DNA of 64,000 bases from Prochlorococcus sp. AG-347-I06 (GTDB taxonomy: Bacteria > Cyanobacteriota > Cyanobacteriia > PCC-6307 > Cyanobiaceae). A model generated the notes under the pieces. That model saw only the letters and a program-made list of their open reading frames with translations, searched no databases and was not told the origin of the DNA. The stretch spans positions 19,791-83,790 of the forward strand of contig QCBM01000005.1 of NCBI GenBank assembly GCA_003281605.1, written 5' to 3'. This document shows positions 1-10,170 of this stretch, one piece after another; positions within the stretch are counted from its first letter, which is position 1; every line of letters begins with the position of its first letter. The translations under genes and the position numbers were made by a program.

Positions 1-192
1 TAAGAATGCTAAATCACCAGTTCCGCAGCATAAATCAGCCCAATCTTCACCATTTAAAGGTTCCAATAAATTAACTAATTTCCTTTTCCATAATCTGTGC
101 AGCCCAAAACTTAATAGATTATTTAAAAAGTCATATTTATAGGAAATTTTATTAAATATATTTTTGACTTCGATAGTTTTTGTGAATTTCAT
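1..192 (-). CDS. menG: UbiE/MenG family methyltransferase, 5' part only (runs off the window)
   Basis: Manual translation from ATG at 192: MKFTKTIEVKNIFNKISYKYDFLNNLLSFGLHRLWK...DLCCGTGDL, with UbiE N-terminal and SAM-binding motifs. Confidence 0.85.
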   Translation of the reverse strand, partial: MKFTKTIEVKNIFNKISYKYDFLNNLLSFGLHRLWKRKLVNLLEPLNGEDWADLCCGTGDLAFL

Positions 193-235
193 TTTTAAAA
201 TTTTAACTTATTTTTTTGGGATTAAATTAAAATTT

Positions 236-1006
236 TTATTCATATGGTCTAATTAAAAGTTTTTTTTCGAGGAGGAAAGTTTTTATTTCTTTTAAAGTAA
301 GTTTCTTATCATGAAGTAATGATGCTAAAAGTGCTGCTGATGCCCTGCCTTCTTTGAAAACATCATAGATATCTTCTAGAGAGCCTGCTCCTCCTGAAGC
401 AATTACTGGGATATCAACAATATTTGCAACAGATTCTGTCAGATTCAAATCATATCCATTCTGTGTTCCATCACCATCCATTGAAGTAAGCAATATTTCC
501 CCCGCGCCTAACTCCTCAACTTTCTTTGCCCAACTTAATACATCTATACCAGTATTTTCTCGCCCTCCTTTTACATATACCTCCCACTCGCCACACTTAT
601 TAACTTTTCTTCGAGCATCAATTGCTATCACGATACATTGATTGCCAAATTCTTTAGAACTTTTGGAAATTAAATCTGGATTTCTAACTGCAGAAGAATT
701 CAAACTTACTTTATCCGCTCCAGCTCTTAAAAGATCATTAATTGAAGAAACAGAATCTATTCCTCCACCTACTGTAAATGGGATTTTTACTGATTTTGCC
801 GTCCTAGAGACAAGGTTAACTAATGTATTTCTATTTTCTACACTAGCTCTAATATCTAAGAATACCAATTCATCTGCGCCCTCATCAGAATACCTACAAG
901 CCAATTCAACAGGATCGCCTGAGTCTCTCAAGTTAACAAAATTTACACCTTTAACCACTCTGCCATGGGCGACATCTAAACAAGGAATTAAACGAAGAGC
1001 TACCAT
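236..1006 (-). CDS. hisF: Imidazole glycerol phosphate synthase cyclase subunit
   Basis: [19 protein letters not shown] and [10 protein letters not shown] motifs; ATG at 1006 preferred over the TTG at 1024. Confidence 0.97.
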   Translation of the reverse strand: MVALRLIPCLDVAHGRVVKGVNFVNLRDSGDPVELACRYSDEGADELVFLDIRASVENRNTLVNLVSRTAKSVKIPFTVGGGIDSVSSINDLLRAGADKVSLNSSAVRNPDLISKSSKEFGNQCIVIAIDARRKVNKCGEWEVYVKGGRENTGIDVLSWAKKVEELGAGEILLTSMDGDGTQNGYDLNLTESVANIVDIPVIASGGAGSLEDIYDVFKEGRASAALLASLLHDKKLTLKEIKTFLLEKKLLIRPYE

Positions 1007-1064
1007 TTTAGTAAAATTGTCCAAATGCTGTTAATCTTGCATAATAGCTTCCATTTTACCTCTT

Positions 1065-1289
1065 ATGGCTGAAACAAAATTATTACCCAAAATCGGTAGT
1101 AAAATCAAAATTAACATTAACAAAGTAAAAGATAGATTACCAGCTAAATTAATCGATCAAATATCCTCAAGTCCTAAAGCCGTAATAACAGGCTATAAAA
1201 TGACAGACGGCAGAAGTATTGGAATCACTGCAAAATTTCAGAATGGTGAGCAAAATTGGTTTTTCCCAGAAGAAATTGAGAAAGGTTAA
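1065..1289 (+). CDS. Conserved cyanobacterial small protein (DUF2862-like)
   Basis: 74 aa, VKDRLP...GYKMTDG...WFF pattern; usual position between hisF and chlG. Confidence 0.75.
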   Translation: MAETKLLPKIGSKIKININKVKDRLPAKLIDQISSSPKAVITGYKMTDGRSIGITAKFQNGEQNWFFPEEIEKG

Positions 1290-1297
1290 AGAAAAAA

Positions 1298-2245
1298 GTG
1301 AATGATCCAAAACAACTATTAGGAATTAAGGGTGCCTCTAAAACATCAAGTTTATGGAAACTGCGTATACAGTTAATGAAACCCATAACATGGATCCCTT
1401 TGATATGGGGAGTTATTTGTGGAGCAGCTGCAAGTGGAAATTTTGAATGGACATTTAGTAATGTTCTAGCTTCATTAGCATGTATGCTGATGAGTGGGCC
1501 GCTTCTGGCTGGTTATACCCAAACCATAAATGATTTTTTTGATAAAGAAATTGATGCAATTAATGAACCAAATAGACCAATTCCTTCTGGAAAAATTTCA
1601 ATTAAAGATGTAAAAATACAAATCTGGGTATTACTTATAGCGGGTTTAATAGTTGCTTTTCTATTAGATTTATATGCTAAGCACAGCTTCCCCTCCGTCT
1701 TAATTTTGGCATTAGGAGGTTCCTTTGTTAGTTATATATATTCTGCTCCACCACTCAAATTAAAACAGAATGGTTGGCTTGGAAATTATGCATTAGGAGC
1801 ATCTTATATAGCTTTACCTTGGTGGGCAGGACAAGCCTTGTTTGGGAAATTAACAATCGTGACGGCGATACTAACACTTGCTTATAGCCTCTCAGGACTT
1901 GGAATTGCTGTTATTAATGATTTCAAAAGTGTTGAAGGAGACTCAAAGCTAGGCTTGAATTCTCTACCAGTAGTATTTGGAATTAAAAATGCAAGTAGAA
2001 TAAGTGCAGGACTGATTGATATTTTTCAATTAGCAATGGTTGTAGTATTAGTCATTATTGGTCAACATTTAGCCTCTGTAATTTTGGTTTTATTGGTAAT
2101 TCCACAAATTACATTTCAAGATATGTGGTTACTAAGAGATCCTCTAAAGTTTGATGTCAAATATCAAGCAAGTGCCCAACCTTTCCTTATAACTGGGATG
2201 TTAGTTACAGCTTTAGCGATAGGACATAGTTTTTTAGTTGCTTAA
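1298..2245 (+). CDS. chlG: Chlorophyll synthase
   Basis: UbiA-family NDFFDKEIDAINEPNRPIPSG motif; QLMKPITW. Confidence 0.97.
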   Translation: MNDPKQLLGIKGASKTSSLWKLRIQLMKPITWIPLIWGVICGAAASGNFEWTFSNVLASLACMLMSGPLLAGYTQTINDFFDKEIDAINEPNRPIPSGKISIKDVKIQIWVLLIAGLIVAFLLDLYAKHSFPSVLILALGGSFVSYIYSAPPLKLKQNGWLGNYALGASYIALPWWAGQALFGKLTIVTAILTLAYSLSGLGIAVINDFKSVEGDSKLGLNSLPVVFGIKNASRISAGLIDIFQLAMVVVLVIIGQHLASVILVLLVIPQITFQDMWLLRDPLKFDVKYQASAQPFLITGMLVTALAIGHSFLVA

Positions 2246-4016
2246 GGTGCAAAAGATTAAATTCAAATCTTTTGTTTTAATAATTCCAATATTAATTTTT
2301 TCTGGAATATCTTTTTATTTTTTTAGTCTATTATTGAATACCTTAAAATTAGACGTTTCTAAAAATAAAAAGTCTCGGGAAACCAAATATTCTTACGTAA
2401 TTTCATCTTCTGATAATAAGATACTAAGCAAATTAAGCCGCAAATTTGAAATAGATAATAGTTATAATAAAATCCCAATTTTTCTTAAACATTCTTTTAT
2501 ATCTTCTGAGGATAAAAGATTTTATAAACATAATGGAATAGATTTAAAAAGTATTTCACGTGCCCTTATTCAAAATATTAGAAGTGGTTATGTTAAAGAG
2601 GGAGGAAGTACGATTACACAACAAGTTGCTAGATTACTTTTTCTAAATAATCATTTAAGTTTTCAAAGAAAAATCAAAGAAATATTTTTATCACTCATAC
2701 TTGAATTTAGATATAACAAAAATCAAATTTTAAAACTATATTTAAATAATATTTATCTAGGATCAGGAGCATACGGGGTAAACGAGGCTGCACAAATTTA
2801 TTTTGGAAAATTTATAGAAGAATTGACATTATCGGAGATCGCATTAATTGCAGGATTAGCTCCAGCTCCATCAATTTATTCACCTTATCAAAATTTTGAA
2901 CTAGCTATTAAAAATAGAAATAAAGTTCTTGAGTCAATGTATGTTGATGGATATATTTCTCTTGCAAATAAGAATAAGGCTATTCAAGAAAAAATAAAGT
3001 TAAATTATCAAACAGCTGGTAATTTTTTGGATGATAAATTACTAATAAACTTTATTCTTCAGGAAACAGATAAAAAAATTGGAATTAAAAAAGATTATAA
3101 GTTTTTAAGAATCAAATCTTCTATCAACAAAGATTGGCAAGAAAAAGGTCAAAAAATATCAAGATACGCAGGTCCTAAAGAACTTGAATTTGGTCTGTTA
3201 TCTATCGAATCAAACACAGGACTAATAAGGACAATGATAACCAGCAAAAATCCATCAATTAATGAATACAATAGAGTGATTTCATCTGTAAGACCTTTAG
3301 GTTCTACTTTTAAAATAATCCCTTATGCTGCTGCATTAATAGAAGGAATAAAATTAAGTGATAAATTTGAAGACTTACCAATATGCTGGAAAAGTTATTG
3401 CCCAAAAAATTTTTCAGAGGACTATAGAGGTTCAATATCTTTGATTGAATCATTTAAAAGTTCATCAAATATCGTTCCAATATCAATAACAAAAAAAATC
3501 GGCTTAAAAAATATTATTAATTTAGCGAATTCATTTGGACTAGGCTACGAGCAAGAGTTTGAGGAATTCCCATCATTAGCTATTGGCGCCTACGGAGATA
3601 ATCTTTTAAACATCACAAATGCATATTCTGCAATAAATAATAATGGGAAGATTCAAATCCCTGAAATCATAGAAACAATAGAATCATTTAAAAAACAACC
3701 TATTTGGGAAAATAAATCTTTTACCAAGAAAATATTAGATTTAAAAATAAACAAGAAAATAAATAAACTTCTTGAAAAATCTGTAAAAGAAGGCACTTCA
3801 AAAGCAGCCTTTATAAAAGGAAAGAAAATTTATGGGAAAACAGGGACATCTGATGAAAATAAAGATCTCTGGTTTATTGGTTCCATTGATAACCTTACAA
3901 CAGGGATCTGGATAGGTTACGACGATAACAAGGAATCTGAATTATCTAGTGGAAATGCAGCTTATTTATGGAAGAAGTTCATATCTGAAATTTATAAAAT
4001 TCCAATTAAAAAATAA
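2238..4016 (+). CDS. Class A penicillin-binding protein (transglycosylase/transpeptidase)
   Basis: EDKRFYKHNG, GGSTITQQ, RKIKE, GSTFK and KTGT motifs. Confidence 0.93.
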   Translation: MLKVQKIKFKSFVLIIPILIFSGISFYFFSLLLNTLKLDVSKNKKSRETKYSYVISSSDNKILSKLSRKFEIDNSYNKIPIFLKHSFISSEDKRFYKHNGIDLKSISRALIQNIRSGYVKEGGSTITQQVARLLFLNNHLSFQRKIKEIFLSLILEFRYNKNQILKLYLNNIYLGSGAYGVNEAAQIYFGKFIEELTLSEIALIAGLAPAPSIYSPYQNFELAIKNRNKVLESMYVDGYISLANKNKAIQEKIKLNYQTAGNFLDDKLLINFILQETDKKIGIKKDYKFLRIKSSINKDWQEKGQKISRYAGPKELEFGLLSIESNTGLIRTMITSKNPSINEYNRVISSVRPLGSTFKIIPYAAALIEGIKLSDKFEDLPICWKSYCPKNFSEDYRGSISLIESFKSSSNIVPISITKKIGLKNIINLANSFGLGYEQEFEEFPSLAIGAYGDNLLNITNAYSAINNNGKIQIPEIIETIESFKKQPIWENKSFTKKILDLKINKKINKLLEKSVKEGTSKAAFIKGKKIYGKTGTSDENKDLWFIGSIDNLTTGIWIGYDDNKESELSSGNAAYLWKKFISEIYKIPIKK

Positions 4017-4025
4017 ATTATATTT

Positions 4026-5342
4026 TTAAGATTTATAAGAAATTATTGCAGAATAAAATCCATCGCCAGGATAATCCAAGCTAGGCAAAATTTGCTTTTG
4101 GCTAATCAATTTTAAAGTTTTATTTTTTTCAATAAATCGTTCAACTAATAGATTATTTTCATCAGGACAAATCGTACAAGTTGAATAAACTAAAGTGCCA
4201 TCTTTTTTCAAAAGAGGGAAAATACTCTCCAAAAGTTTTTCCTGTAATAAAGTTAAAGATTTTATTTTTTCTTTACTTAAAGACCATCTAGAATCTGGAT
4301 TCCTGGAAAGAGTTCCAATGCCTGAACATGGAGCATCTAATAAAATCTTATCAAAATAAGATATAAACTTTGGATTTAATTCAATCAAACTCGTAGCATC
4401 AGCCTTAAGGGTATTAACAGATTTCAAATTTAACCTTTCTAAATTTGATTGCAGTATTTTCAATCTTTTTGCTGATCTATCTACGGCAATGATTTCAGCA
4501 CTATCATTTGTTAATTCTGCAAGGTGTGTAGACTTACTACCTGGAGCTGCACAAGCATCTAAAATCCTTTCACCTTCTTTTGGATTTAACAGAGGTGCTA
4601 TCCACTGAGAAGATCTATCTTGAATTGTCCAAAGTCCATCACTATATCCAGGTAAATTTTTTATAGATCTTGGATTAGATTTTAAAGTAATTCCATTATG
4701 TAAATCATTAATAATTTCAGCATCAATTTTATTTTCATGAAGTACTTTCAAAAAGTTATCTAAATTAGTTTTTAATTGGTTAATTCTCAAATCAATTGAT
4801 GGTTTTTTATTAAATGCCTTAATGATATTTTCAACCTCGCTATTACCTACCCATTTATAAAGATCCTTCACGAGCCATAATGGAAATGATTCAAGATAAG
4901 AAATTCTCTCTTTTCTATCAGAAGATAATTCCGGAAAAATTTTTTTTTCTAATTTTCTTGATGCATTTCTCAATATCGCATTTACAGTTCCCGCTAAACC
5001 ATTTAAATCTGTTTTTTTAGCTACTTCTACAGTGGTAGAAATAGCAGCGGGAAATGGGATTTTATCCATTTTCAATAGTTGATACAAACCTATATGTAGA
5101 AGCCATCTTAACTTTGGAGGCTGCTTTGTATGAGTAATTTTTGATGTGTGATCCGTCCAAAGATCAAGAAATTTTCTATACCTTATGCATCCAAAAGATA
5201 ATTCCGTAATAAAAGCTATATCAAGAGGATTAAATTGATAATTTTTTAAAACCTTTTCAAGAGCATGATCAGAAAAATCACCCGAACTAACTTTTAATAA
5301 AATTTCCCAAGCTGCCTTTCTTTGTAAATATCCTATGCTCAA
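4026..5342 (-). CDS. rsmB: 16S rRNA m5C967 methyltransferase (Sun/RsmB)
   Basis: NusB-like N-terminus; LDACAAPGSK, DAPCSG and YSTCT motifs. Confidence 0.95.
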   Translation of the reverse strand: MSIGYLQRKAAWEILLKVSSGDFSDHALEKVLKNYQFNPLDIAFITELSFGCIRYRKFLDLWTDHTSKITHTKQPPKLRWLLHIGLYQLLKMDKIPFPAAISTTVEVAKKTDLNGLAGTVNAILRNASRKLEKKIFPELSSDRKERISYLESFPLWLVKDLYKWVGNSEVENIIKAFNKKPSIDLRINQLKTNLDNFLKVLHENKIDAEIINDLHNGITLKSNPRSIKNLPGYSDGLWTIQDRSSQWIAPLLNPKEGERILDACAAPGSKSTHLAELTNDSAEIIAVDRSAKRLKILQSNLERLNLKSVNTLKADATSLIELNPKFISYFDKILLDAPCSGIGTLSRNPDSRWSLSKEKIKSLTLLQEKLLESIFPLLKKDGTLVYSTCTICPDENNLLVERFIEKNKTLKLISQKQILPSLDYPGDGFYSAIISYKS

Positions 5343-5393
5343 AATATAATTAATTTTTTAAAGATAACTTTAATATACTAAAAATTCAAAAAT

Positions 5394-5537
5394 TTAAACT
5401 ACTTTTTCAGTTACAGAATTGAACCAAATAAAACCTAATATAGAAATAAGTGAAAGATTAAATCCTAAAAAAAGAAAGATATTTAAAGAATGGATTCTTT
5501 CGCGAAAAAATATTTTTTTCTCTTTTTGATACTTCAT
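5394..5537 (-). CDS. Small putative membrane protein (47 aa), absent from ORF track
   Basis: Manual translation MKYQKEKKIFFRERIHSLNIFLFLGFNLSLISILGFIWFNSVTEKVV; one hydrophobic segment. Confidence 0.45.
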   Translation of the reverse strand: MKYQKEKKIFFRERIHSLNIFLFLGFNLSLISILGFIWFNSVTEKVV

Positions 5538-5556
5538 TATTAAAATAAAAACTTAT

Positions 5557-5736
5557 TCATAATTTCAAACGACAACCAATATTGATAGATCCTGCATCAA
5601 GCATTCTGCCTAATTTAATTGCTATGGATTCCTCCAACCTATTGAAATTAGATTGATGGGTAGTTATCCAATCTAATTCAGAAAAAGTGATGATTCCCGT
5701 CGAATTACTTTTTAAAAAAAGTGTTCCAATTTCCAT
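5557..5736 (-). CDS. Small conserved picocyanobacterial protein (59 aa), absent from ORF track
   Basis: Manual translation MEIGTLFLKSNSTGIITFSELDWITTHQSNFNRLEESIAIKLGRMLDAGSINIGCRLKL; resembles a recurrent marine cyanobacterial hypothetical. Confidence 0.7.
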   Translation of the reverse strand: MEIGTLFLKSNSTGIITFSELDWITTHQSNFNRLEESIAIKLGRMLDAGSINIGCRLKL

Positions 5737-5841
5737 TAGATAAATCTAATTTTTTCTAAGTTAACATCCGTACTTAATATTTCTTCGTAACATAATATTC
5801 TTTTAATTTTTCAAAGACAACTGTAGATTATTACTCTTAAT

Positions 5842-7332
5842 TTATTGAATATCTCTTAAAAATTTATCGGCCGTTTTTAAGTGATTATTTAATTTTTCCT
5901 CTGACATTTTATCGAGATTTCTCGTTAACATTGCCAGACGATATTGCTTTCTAAAAAAGCTTTCATTATCTTTAATAAATTTCCAAAATAAGCCATCCCA
6001 TATTTCACACCATGGACCACTTTTAAAATTAGACATTTTTTTTACATAATTAGAGCTTGATATATATGGCTTTGTTGAAAAGATACCACCATCACTAAAC
6101 TGACTCATTCCGTAAACATTTGGGACCATGACCCAATCATAGGAATCAATAAACATTTCCATAAACCATTTATAAACTTGGTTGGGGTGAATTCTACATA
6201 GAAGCATAAAGTTGCCAACAATCATTAGCCGCTCAATATGATGACAATAACCAAATTTAATAATATTTTTTATAACAACGTCTACTGGTTCAATTCCTGT
6301 ATTTCCTTGATAAAAAGATTTTGGAATCGGCTTATCTTCAAAATTCCAAAAATTACTGTTTCGCATCTTTGTTCCGTACTTTTTATAGACGAGGCAAATA
6401 AATTCTCTCCATCCAATAATTTGACGAATAAAACCCTCTAAAGAGTTAATAGGAACATTATTATTTTTTGCAAAAAGTAATGCCTTATTTACTACTACTT
6501 CTGGGGTTAATAAGCCGCTATTTAAAAGAGGAGAAAGTAAACTGTGCCATAAAAAAGAATTTTCTTTAGAAATAGCATCCTCATAATCTCCAAATAAGAA
6601 AAATCTATGTTTAAAAAAATCATTTAACCATTCATCTGCCTCTTCAAAATTAGTTGGATATAAAAAGTTATTACTTTCTCCAATAAACTCAATATCAAAA
6701 TTGGCTAATGACCTTTCTGCATTAACTACAAATTTATTTTTTTGTAATTTAGGTGTATCGGGTATATTTATTTTTTTTGGTAATTTTTTTCTGTTCATTT
6801 CATCGAAACTCCATTTACCACCTTCTGGAGTATCATCAGGATTAACTAAAATCTTTTGGCTCTTTCTTTGATTCTCATAAAATCTTCCCATAAGAGGTTT
6901 TTTTGGATTTGATGCAAATAAATCTTTTAAATCTTCACTGCTCATAAACATAGGAGAAGGCAAAATATTTAAAGCTAAATCATTACTTTCAACAAAATTA
7001 TTAATCCTCTTCATTATTAAAAAATCATGAGGGTCAATGAGATTTATCTTCTGATATTTATTTTTAATAAATTCCGATAAGTAATCAACTGTAGAAACAT
7101 TATTCTTGTTTTCGATATATAAAACTTTAAAGCCAGATATTTCTAAATAATTTTTATAAGCGAGCATAGATGCTCTATGAAAAACTAACTTATTTTTATG
7201 GTTAATTAATTTATGAAATTTATCATTTCCAAAAAATAATGAGTCTTCCAAAATCAAAACTTCACAATTTATTTTTAAGATTGCGCTTTCTCTAAAAAGT
7301 TGATTCGGGAAAATAATTGAAACTTGTTTCAT
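5842..7332 (-). CDS. Cryptochrome/photolyase, prokaryotic (6-4) photolyase (PhrB-like) class
   Basis: [44 protein letters not shown] and HHIERLM motifs. Confidence 0.9.
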   Translation of the reverse strand: MKQVSIIFPNQLFRESAILKINCEVLILEDSLFFGNDKFHKLINHKNKLVFHRASMLAYKNYLEISGFKVLYIENKNNVSTVDYLSEFIKNKYQKINLIDPHDFLIMKRINNFVESNDLALNILPSPMFMSSEDLKDLFASNPKKPLMGRFYENQRKSQKILVNPDDTPEGGKWSFDEMNRKKLPKKINIPDTPKLQKNKFVVNAERSLANFDIEFIGESNNFLYPTNFEEADEWLNDFFKHRFFLFGDYEDAISKENSFLWHSLLSPLLNSGLLTPEVVVNKALLFAKNNNVPINSLEGFIRQIIGWREFICLVYKKYGTKMRNSNFWNFEDKPIPKSFYQGNTGIEPVDVVIKNIIKFGYCHHIERLMIVGNFMLLCRIHPNQVYKWFMEMFIDSYDWVMVPNVYGMSQFSDGGIFSTKPYISSSNYVKKMSNFKSGPWCEIWDGLFWKFIKDNESFFRKQYRLAMLTRNLDKMSEEKLNNHLKTADKFLRDIQ

Positions 7333-7460
7333 CTTTGCGACTTCCTGTTACTGCATCTTTTTGAACAGTAGATAACATCATCCCAACAGTTTTTCCATTT
7401 TTTACGCCACTCAAACGGCCTATTGCAAACAGGACAAGTTTTAGTAGAAAGATTTTTCAA
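7329..7460 (-). CDS. DUF2256-like zinc-binding small protein (43 aa), absent from ORF track
   Basis: TTG start; [36 protein letters not shown]; ATGA overlap with the photolyase start. Confidence 0.85.
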   Translation of the reverse strand: MKNLSTKTCPVCNRPFEWRKKWKNCWDDVIYCSKRCSNRKSQR

Positions 7461-7463
7461 AAT

Positions 7464-7700
7464 TTATAATTTTCTTTTATGAGTAGATTTAAATCTTGTT
7501 GAATCTTTAAGGGCCATATGTTTTGTATTTCTTCCCGAAACTCTCTTTCTCCAGACTTTGAAAGATTTGGGTTTAAGATTTTGACGCATAATTTTTATCG
7601 CATCTTCCTCTTTTAAACCAAATTGATACTTGATAGCTTCAAAGGGTGTTCTATCTTCCCAACACATTTCTATTATTCTGTCTATATCGATACTTTCCAT
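7464..7700 (-). CDS. TIGR03643/DUF2805 family protein
   Basis: RIIEMCWEDRTPFEAI...SFKVWRKRVSGR signature. Confidence 0.85.
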   Translation of the reverse strand: MESIDIDRIIEMCWEDRTPFEAIKYQFGLKEEDAIKIMRQNLKPKSFKVWRKRVSGRNTKHMALKDSTRFKSTHKRKL

Positions 7701-7702
7701 AT

Positions 7703-8107
7703 TTATTGTTCACATTGTGAGGTACAAAGTTTTTCAATATCTGATCTACCTGTAATTTGAAGTCTATATTTTGCCCAATATCTGTAAACCAATCTCAATA
7801 ATGGAGATAAGAGCTTAATCTTTAAGGGATAATAAACCCAACCTAAACCAACTAATTCATAAGAATATGCGAGTACATCTAGTCCCCTAATAATTTCACC
7901 ATTTTCAATAATCCCATGCAGGTTTGACATAGCTTTTGAATAAGAGATGTCATTAAAAAAACTTTGATCATAATCTTTACTATTAATATCTATAAATGCA
8001 ATTTGATTTAAGGTATCTCTTTTTTTAAGAAAATTTGTTTCTCTCAAACAAAGTGGGCAACCACCATCGAATAAAAATGTTAATTTAATTTTCATATTTT
8101 TATTCAA
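7703..8107 (-). CDS. DCC1/DUF393 thiol-disulfide oxidoreductase family protein
   Basis: FDGGCPLC (DxxCxxC) motif. Confidence 0.85.
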   Translation of the reverse strand: MNKNMKIKLTFLFDGGCPLCLRETNFLKKRDTLNQIAFIDINSKDYDQSFFNDISYSKAMSNLHGIIENGEIIRGLDVLAYSYELVGLGWVYYPLKIKLLSPLLRLVYRYWAKYRLQITGRSDIEKLCTSQCEQ

Positions 8108-8225
8108 ATATAGAAATTAAATAACTTTTTTGTGGAATAAAAGATTTTTTTTAGAGTACAAGCTTTATAAAGCCTTAATAATTGCCAGTTCTAATTTAGT
8201 GAAAATATATTATCTTATTAGTTAA

Positions 8226-8259
8226 TAAGCCATTGATTAAGGGATACATCAATGGCTTA
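8226..8259. repeat. Inverted repeat TAAGCCATTGAT-N10-ATCAATGGCTTA
   Basis: 12-bp arms read directly; lies just past the 3' end of the 67-aa ORF, possibly its terminator. Confidence 0.7.
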
Positions 8260-8272
8260 AAACTATTTATGA

Positions 8273-8476
8273 TTAGTCATCTAAAAGATGTACTCCTTCT
8301 CCTACGTCAGGAGTAAATTTACAATATTTTTCAAAAATAAGTCCAACGCCTCTCATTTTTTCTCCTAATTCATCGTTAAATTTATCCCATTCTTCTGAAT
8401 CACGATCAGGTAGATACCACCCTTGTTTTTCTACCATACTTGTTATTACTGTATAGTCCCATTCTATGTATGCCAT
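8273..8476 (-). CDS. Hypothetical protein (67 aa)
   Basis: Clean ORF filling an intergenic gap; no recognised motif. Confidence 0.55.
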   Translation of the reverse strand: MAYIEWDYTVITSMVEKQGWYLPDRDSEEWDKFNDELGEKMRGVGLIFEKYCKFTPDVGEGVHLLDD

Positions 8477-8571
8477 TGAGTTAATTTAAACTACCAAAAT
8501 ATTATAAACCAAGAGATTTAATAGGTAATCAATATTTTTTGAATATAATTTAAAAGTCAGAAAAATTATAA

Positions 8572-9243
8572 ATGTCAATTTTGCCAAGAAGATTTGAACG
8601 AATCAAAAGTGTTTTAGATTGCAGAATGAAAAACTTGACTGTTTTAGTTGAGGATGTCAATAAACCACATAATTTATCTGCAATATTAAGGACATGTGAT
8701 GCAGCAGGAGTTTTCGAAGCAAACTTTATTAGCAAAACGAATGCCGTTAAGACTTTTAATAGTACTGCTCAAGGAAGTCAAAAATGGGTAAAACTGAATA
8801 ATCATGAAAACACTATCACGGCAATATCTGATTTAAAAAATAAGGGTTTTAAATTATATGGAACGACTCTTAATGGTGAATCATTAGATTATAGAAATTT
8901 TGATTATTCTCAAAATACATGTTTTGTTTTAGGAGCAGAAAAATGGGGACTAAGTAATGAACTTATATCAATGGTTGATCAATCAATTTTTATACCTATG
9001 AGAGGCATGGTTCAATCTCTAAATGTTTCAGTTGCTGCTTCTATATTATTATTTGAAGCTGTTCGCCAAAGAAAAAATAAAGGTATACTGCCCGCTAATG
9101 GAGAAGGGTTAAATATGGAAGAATATCAAAAAACACTTTTTGAATGGTGTTACCCAGAATTAGCTGCGGTGTATAAAAAATCAGCCAAAGAATATCCAAA
9201 GTTGAATGATCAAGGAGTATTTGATTCTATTACAGAAAACTAA
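8572..9243 (+). CDS. trmH: tRNA (guanosine-18 2'-O)-methyltransferase, SpoU family
   Basis: PHNLSAILRTCDA, LGAEKWG and SLNVSVAA SPOUT motifs. Confidence 0.93.
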   Translation: MSILPRRFERIKSVLDCRMKNLTVLVEDVNKPHNLSAILRTCDAAGVFEANFISKTNAVKTFNSTAQGSQKWVKLNNHENTITAISDLKNKGFKLYGTTLNGESLDYRNFDYSQNTCFVLGAEKWGLSNELISMVDQSIFIPMRGMVQSLNVSVAASILLFEAVRQRKNKGILPANGEGLNMEEYQKTLFEWCYPELAAVYKKSAKEYPKLNDQGVFDSITEN

Positions 9244-9245
9244 AT

Positions 9246-10091
9246 TTATTCAGAATTTTGACTATCAAAAATTTCTTCAAGGTCCTCTCCTATAAAAGAA
9301 AGACCTAAAACTAAAAAAAACATTGCCAAACCTGGGAACAAAGCCGTCCACCAGATACCTGTAGGTAAAGCGGCAAGAGCCAGATTTAAATCACTTCCCC
9401 ACTCTGGGACATCTGCAGGAACGCCAAGGCCTAAAAATCCTAAACTTCCTAATACCAAAACAGCATCTGCAGCATTTAGGGTAAGTAGAATAGGCAATGG
9501 TGTTATTACATTTGGGAGAATATATTTAAAAATAATTTTTTTAACATCAGCTCCTGCAACTTGAGCTGCCTCCACATAAGTTTCGGATTTAACCAATATT
9601 GTCTGATTTCTGATTAATCTAAAATATTGAGGAGAGTAAACAATACACAATGCCAAAGCCGCGTTAAGGATACCCTTACCCAATACAAAAGCCACCACAA
9701 CTGAAAGCAAAATTACAGGTATTGAAAAAATAGTATCCATTATTAGTGATAAGCATTTATCAAAAAAACCACCAAAATATCCACTTAATAATCCCAATGG
9801 CAAACCCAAACTTAATGAAAAAAGAATAGCTAAGAATACAACTTCTATCGCCAATGATGATCCTTGCAAAGTTCTTAAGCAAACATCTCTTCCTAATCTA
9901 TCTGTGCCACAAAAATGATTAAGAGAAGGAGGGGCAAAGATATCATTGCTTAACATTGAAAATGAATAGCCAAAAAAATTATTGGCCTCTAAAAATTTCA
10001 TTATTAAAACCACAAGAAGATAAAAAAGTACAATTAAAAATCCTGCTTTTCTGATATTTGCGCCTACACGATTAAATGAGTTAATATCCAA
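9246..10091 (-). CDS. Peptide/nickel ABC transporter permease (DppC/OppC-like)
   Basis: GTDRLGRD, EAA loop (YVEAAQVAGA) and PEWG motifs. Confidence 0.9.
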   Translation of the reverse strand: MDINSFNRVGANIRKAGFLIVLFYLLVVLIMKFLEANNFFGYSFSMLSNDIFAPPSLNHFCGTDRLGRDVCLRTLQGSSLAIEVVFLAILFSLSLGLPLGLLSGYFGGFFDKCLSLIMDTIFSIPVILLSVVVAFVLGKGILNAALALCIVYSPQYFRLIRNQTILVKSETYVEAAQVAGADVKKIIFKYILPNVITPLPILLTLNAADAVLVLGSLGFLGLGVPADVPEWGSDLNLALAALPTGIWWTALFPGLAMFFLVLGLSFIGEDLEEIFDSQNSE

Positions 10092-10170
10092 AATCTTTTT
10101 TTAAAGATATAAATGAAATATACCCAATTCTCTTAAAAATAAATAGCTTAAAATTTTAAATTAAAAGAAA

